NCBI GenBank assembly: GCA_964538855.1 | Contig: CAZIEY010000002.1 | Span: 153,007 to 217,006 of the forward strand | Origin: an uncultured Candidatus Saccharibacteria bacterium | GTDB lineage: Bacteria; Patescibacteriota; Minisyncoccia; Phycocordibacterales; JAACPR01 | Direction of reading: 5' to 3' | DNA: 64,000 bases | In this document: positions 60,506 through 64,000 of the stretch, in pieces | How positions within the stretch are numbered: position 1 is the first letter of the stretch | Layout of the letters: each line of letters begins with the position of its first letter | Translations under genes and position numbers: made by a program | Notes under the pieces: generated by a model | Seen by the model: the letters and a program-made list of their open reading frames with translations, nothing else | What the model was told of the DNA's origin: nothing | Database searches by the model: none

Positions 60506-60655
60506 AAATAATGGAATTAGTGCCGCTTAAATAAAATTAACCCGCCTGATTTCATACAGAAAGCCTAAGTACATCATTTTTGGTGTATTAAGTCTTCGTA
60601 TGAAGTTCGGCTTTTTGTTTTATCTGTTTTTATTATTTAACTAATATAAAACATA

Positions 60656-61939
60656 ATGAAAAAACTAGTTTGGAGCACAGTTCAAAAGAAAGTAGATGAC
60701 CTTATTCCCCAAAAGATAAACCCTCGTATTATCAATGACAAACAAATGTCAGATCTTAAGAGAAGTTTACAAAAGTATAACTTGGTGGAAATACCTGCAG
60801 TTGATCTCAACGGAAAAATTCTTGCGGGACACCAGCGCATCAAAGCACTGAAGATATTAGGTCGTGGTGATGAATTAATAGATGTAAGGGTCCCCAACCG
60901 CAAACTTACTGAAAAAGAATCGAATGAATACCTGATAGCATCCAACAAACTCGGCGGTGACTGGGATTTTGAAGCACTCAAATCTTTCGATCTTGATGCG
61001 CTTGAATTTGCAGGATTTGATGAGGTTGAAATCGGCAAATTCATGGATGATGACAAGGAAGTGATAGAAGAAGATTTTGATGTAGAAAAAGAATTGAAGA
61101 AGATAAAGAAACCAATAACAAAGCTTGGTGATATTATCACGCTTGGGAAACATCGAATCTTGTGCGGAGATTCTACACGCAAAGAAAATCTTACAAAACT
61201 ATTCGGGAAAGAAAAAGCATCAATGATATATTCAGATCCAGTGTATAACATAGATATCAATTACGACGGAGGTATTAGTGGCAACAAAGACTACGGCGGA
61301 AATGTAAACGACACAAGAACTTTTGATGAATACAAAAAATTCTTGAAAGATAGTATGGAAGCAGGACTTGCGGTATCCAATAAAGATATTCACACCTTCT
61401 ATTGGTGTGATCAAGTATATATAGGCGTGGTGCAGGATCTATATAGATCCCTCGGTATTGTAAACAAGCGGGTATGCTTATGGATAAAGAACAACCAAAA
61501 TCCAGTCCCTAGTGTTGCATTCAACAAAGTTTACGAACCCTCAGTATATGGTGTCCGAGGAAAACCGTATCTAGCAAATATCAACAATCTTAATGAAGTG
61601 CTCAATAAGGAATTAAGTACTGGTAACAACTTGTTTGATGAGATTAATGATATCTGGATGACGAAAAGACTATCAGCACAGGATTACACGCATGCAACTT
61701 CAAAACCCTACCAACTACACGAGAAAGCAATAAAACGCTGCACTAAACCAAACGACCTCATCCTCGATAGTTTTCTCGGATCGGGCAGTACTCTCATTGC
61801 AGCCGAAACTCTAGGTCGAAGAGTATATGGGTGTGAATTAGAACCTCAATTCTGCGATCTCATTATACGAAGATATGAAAAGCTAACTGGTAAAAAAGCC
61901 GCAATCAAACACCATGAAGAAAAACAAAGTTCAGAATAA
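60656..61939 (+). CDS. ParB-like nuclease domain fused to beta-class N6A/N4C DNA methyltransferase
   Basis: N-terminal ParB/Srx fold with AGHQRIKAL; motif IV SDPVYN (DPPY-type) precedes motif I DSFLGSGST; typical phage/plasmid orphan MTase layout. Confidence 0.75.
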   Translation: MKKLVWSTVQKKVDDLIPQKINPRIINDKQMSDLKRSLQKYNLVEIPAVDLNGKILAGHQRIKALKILGRGDELIDVRVPNRKLTEKESNEYLIASNKLGGDWDFEALKSFDLDALEFAGFDEVEIGKFMDDDKEVIEEDFDVEKELKKIKKPITKLGDIITLGKHRILCGDSTRKENLTKLFGKEKASMIYSDPVYNIDINYDGGISGNKDYGGNVNDTRTFDEYKKFLKDSMEAGLAVSNKDIHTFYWCDQVYIGVVQDLYRSLGIVNKRVCLWIKNNQNPVPSVAFNKVYEPSVYGVRGKPYLANINNLNEVLNKELSTGNNLFDEINDIWMTKRLSAQDYTHATSKPYQLHEKAIKRCTKPNDLILDSFLGSGSTLIAAETLGRRVYGCELEPQFCDLIIRRYEKLTGKKAAIKHHEEKQSSE

Positions 61940-62345
61940 ATTCCTTGATGAATTGGAAAAAACACCGATTATCCAGTATGCATGTGAAAAATGCGGAATA
62001 TCAAGAAATACATACTACCGATGGATTAAAGAAGATAGTTTTTTCAGGTTACAAGTAGACGACCGCATAAGTCTTGGTGTTGATAGAATAAATGATTTCG
62101 CCGAAAATAATATCCTTTCTGGTATTAAACGAGGTGATTTCAGATCAACTATATATTGGCTTAGTCATAGGAATAGAAACTATGTAAAGCCATTGAAAGT
62201 TATTATGCACCCAGACGACTCGGATACCCAGAGAATTCGATTGGAATTTGCAAAACGGAGAGCAAAAGAAATGCAGGAGCGGTGGTTTAGACATAAACCA
62301 AATCAAGAGATCAGTGATCCAAATCACCCACTTGACCCCAAATGA
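61914..62345 (+). CDS. HTH protein, phage terminase-small-subunit-like (putative)
   Basis: ACEKCGISRNTYYRWIKED helix-turn-helix; overlaps MTase gene end. Confidence 0.3.
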   Translation: MKKNKVQNKFLDELEKTPIIQYACEKCGISRNTYYRWIKEDSFFRLQVDDRISLGVDRINDFAENNILSGIKRGDFRSTIYWLSHRNRNYVKPLKVIMHPDDSDTQRIRLEFAKRRAKEMQERWFRHKPNQEISDPNHPLDPK

Positions 62346-62381
62346 TGCGCTATATCCTATTCAGACAATATAGATGTAGTT

Positions 62382-62546
62382 TTAGTCTTTTGCGACTGCC
62401 CATACAAGTGCCACGATCCATCCAATGACCGTCCAACCAGCTGTGATATTTAACACTAGTATTGCTTCTGAATTCTTCTTGTGACGAGAATAACCAATAA
62501 TTGACGGCAACATGTACCCAATCAGCATCCCGAAAAATAATTCCAT
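62382..62546 (-). CDS. Superinfection-immunity-like mini membrane protein (54 aa)
   Basis: MELFFGMLIGYMLPSIIGYSRHKKNSEAILVLNITAGWTVIGWIVALVWAVAKD; LN..AGWT.IGW..ALVWA pattern of prophage Imm/superinfection-immunity family. Confidence 0.4.
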   Translation of the reverse strand: MELFFGMLIGYMLPSIIGYSRHKKNSEAILVLNITAGWTVIGWIVALVWAVAKD

Positions 62547-62650
62547 AATTTTATTTAGAGACTTAATATTTATAATGTAAGTAATTTATGATTATCTTAA
62601 TCTCAAGATAGGTAAAATAAAAACCATCTTTAATGCGAGATGAGTCGTAC

Positions 62651-63220
62651 TTACCTTTGTTCAACAGTACCGTCTGTATAAACCAGAGTCTCGACTTCCC
62701 ATTCGTAATTCATCTTTGCTAAATCAATATTTCTGAGTTCTATATCACTGTCGATAAATTGATTGTATTCAAGATATACTGAATACAACTTAACTTCTGA
62801 AATTTTTAATCCATCATCATAAGAAATACCAATTGACTTGATATGATCACCGAATAAATCTTGGATACGAATAGTTCCCTTAACCCCGTCCAATTCCTTA
62901 CCAGAATTATTAGTAAGTTCAAGCGACATACTAATTGAATCTTGATAGTCTCCGTCCGTAAAACCTTTTTTTAAAATCTTAAGATCTACTTTTTTTGATA
63001 AGTCAGTAGTATTACTTACCTCAGGTGCACTCCGTTCTTCTGAATTATTAGTTTGCACATCAGACTGCGTATTAATCACATCGGAAAACGTATCTCGAAT
63101 GGCTTTCTGCAATTGATATGTTTTATATTCCATACCCGCCCAAAACACCAACGCCAATAGTATACACACCGGAATAATCCACTCACGTTTACTTTGTAAA
63201 AATATTTTTAATTTTTCCAT
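62651..63220 (-). CDS. Hypothetical membrane-anchored protein (189 aa)
   Basis: N-terminal TM; preceded by attenuator-like leader. Confidence 0.45.
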   Translation of the reverse strand: MEKLKIFLQSKREWIIPVCILLALVFWAGMEYKTYQLQKAIRDTFSDVINTQSDVQTNNSEERSAPEVSNTTDLSKKVDLKILKKGFTDGDYQDSISMSLELTNNSGKELDGVKGTIRIQDLFGDHIKSIGISYDDGLKISEVKLYSVYLEYNQFIDSDIELRNIDLAKMNYEWEVETLVYTDGTVEQR

Positions 63221-63225
63221 GAAAT

Positions 63226-63364
63226 GTTCGTCGCGATTTATTTTATAAATTCCTAAAGATGAGACACAAAAATCCCATCACTAGGAAGACCCGAAGGTCT
63301 CTACACCAGTTTCCCGATGTAACGCGACGAACGCCCTAATGATGGGGTTTTTAAGTTCGTCGCG
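63226..63364 (-). promoter_or_regulatory. Attenuator/riboswitch-like leader with mutually exclusive helices: X1/X2 (cgcgacgaac, two copies) vs Y (gttcgtcgcg), and a 17-bp terminator helix enclosing a UUCG-capped hairpin
   Basis: Plus-strand: gttcgtcgcg 63226-35 and 63355-64; inverse cgcgacgaac 63323-32; terminator arms 63268-85 / 63334-52 with T-runs both sides; gaccUUCGggtc inner hairpin (minus-strand sense). Confidence 0.4.
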
Positions 63365-63553
63365 ATTTTGACCATATCCTTTGAAATTTCAAAGGGGTTA
63401 GGTCCAATTAATATGTAATTGTCAGGATTAAATGATACAACAAAAGCATCGTTTAATCCAGTTTAGATTATATCGCTGAACACTCTCTTTGCTAAGACTT
63501 GGTGACGACCACACTACGCTTTTCCGTGTTTGCATAGATATATTAAAAAATGT

Positions 63554-63582
63554 ATAGCCCCTGAAGTTCATCCAGGGGCTAT
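63554..63582 (-). terminator. Terminator atagcccctg-N9-caggggctat overlapping stop of histidine-phosphatase gene
   Basis: Perfect 10-bp stem, T-run on minus strand. Confidence 0.5.
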
Positions 63583-63999
63583 GAGGGATTGATCACTGAC
63601 GTCTTCCTTACCCACTCAAATGCAGGAGTCAGGAAAAACATTTCTTCAAGATGAAACCCTCCGCTTTCACCCTGAAGATAACGAACTATTTGGCAATTTC
63701 TAATATAATTATCTCCACCGATAAAATCTATGTAATTGCTCGGTGGAGTTTTATGGTGTATCACTCTAACGGCTTGTATAGGTCCGCCGTGCGTAACAAC
63801 CAAAATCTTCTTACCTGCATAAACCCTGTGGGCGTTACGCAGAAATAAATTCATTCTCTCCCTAACAGATTGCATAGACTCGCCATTCAACGGCTTCCAA
63901 TCAATACCGTCTTCGCTCTTAGCGATGCCCGCATCTTCAAATGCTCTTTCCCTTTCTGGATATGGAAGTAGCTCATAACCACCCCAATCCCGTTCACGT
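63579..63999 (-). CDS. Histidine phosphatase (phosphoglycerate-mutase-like) family protein, N-terminus beyond window
   Basis: LVVTHGGPIQAV (HGG) C-terminal motif; reading frame stays open upstream to the window edge (...REAFEDAGIAKSEDGIDWKPLNGES...). Confidence 0.6.
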   Translation of the reverse strand, partial: RERDWGGYELLPYPERERAFEDAGIAKSEDGIDWKPLNGESMQSVRERMNLFLRNAHRVYAGKKILVVTHGGPIQAVRVIHHKTPPSNYIDFIGGDNYIRNCQIVRYLQGESGGFHLEEMFFLTPAFEWVRKTSVINPS

Positions 64000-64000
64000 A

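Noticed and set aside
1-63999. CRISPR arrays, rRNA genes, IS elements/transposases
   Set aside because: No regularly spaced short direct repeats, no rRNA-like conserved stretches, and no transposase or integrase-like ORFs were seen by eye.

Overview
This window is a low-GC (~38 %) bacterial chromosome segment, densely packed with short intergenic gaps. Mostly the forward strand is coding up to about 18 kb, after which strand use is mixed. The gene content suggests a reduced-genome, Gram-positive-type or Patescibacteria(CPR)-like organism; that placement is inference only.

Housekeeping genes:
- Ribosomal proteins: L13, S9, L27, L9 and L21.
- Chaperone locus: grpE, then two hypothetical genes, then dnaK and a zinc-finger-less dnaJ-like gene.
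- Aminoacyl-tRNA synthetases: trpS, gltX and cysS.
- Chromosome maintenance: scpA, scpB, dnaB, recR and rmuC.
- Cell wall: D-Ala-D-Ala carboxypeptidase, mraY, ftsW, murG, an M23 peptidase, a FemAB-like gene and a CtpA-type protease.
- Nucleotide supply: class I ribonucleotide reductase (nrdA with an ATP-cone, plus nrdB).

Accessory and scavenging content:
- Four LivJ-type ABC substrate-binding proteins with no permease or ATPase genes nearby.
- Several peptidases and hydrolases: M20, S51, a type 1 glutamine amidotransferase-like protein, an alpha/beta hydrolase, a HAD hydrolase and a HExxH protein.
- A PKD-repeat surface protein.
- A GC-rich (~57 %) island carrying two genes.

The most notable region is 56.2-62.6 kb. 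It holds a tightly packed minus-strand operon with five genes:
- LexA.
- A small GcrA-like DNA-binding protein.
- An HNH-nuclease fusion with the size and layout of a Cap5 (HNH-SAVED) effector.
- A Pol-beta/SMODS-type nucleotidyltransferase (candidate CD-NTase).
- An unrecognised 23-kDa Cys-rich protein.

Together this reads as a candidate CBASS-like anti-phage system that may be under SOS (LexA) control. It sits beside a ParB-nuclease-DNA-methyltransferase fusion, a superinfection-immunity-like mini-protein and a terminase-small-like HTH protein, which suggests a prophage or defence island.

Other points:
- A solo MazF/PemK-like toxin gene.
- A ~280-nt structured, promoter/terminator-bounded non-coding region with a tRNA-like T-loop motif upstream of grpE.
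- An attenuator-like leader with mutually exclusive pairings at the 3' end of the window.
- A frameshifted DUF1653 gene.
- A duplicated 57-nt gene-end remnant.
- Several strong inverted repeats.

No CRISPR array, rRNA or confident tRNA was seen.
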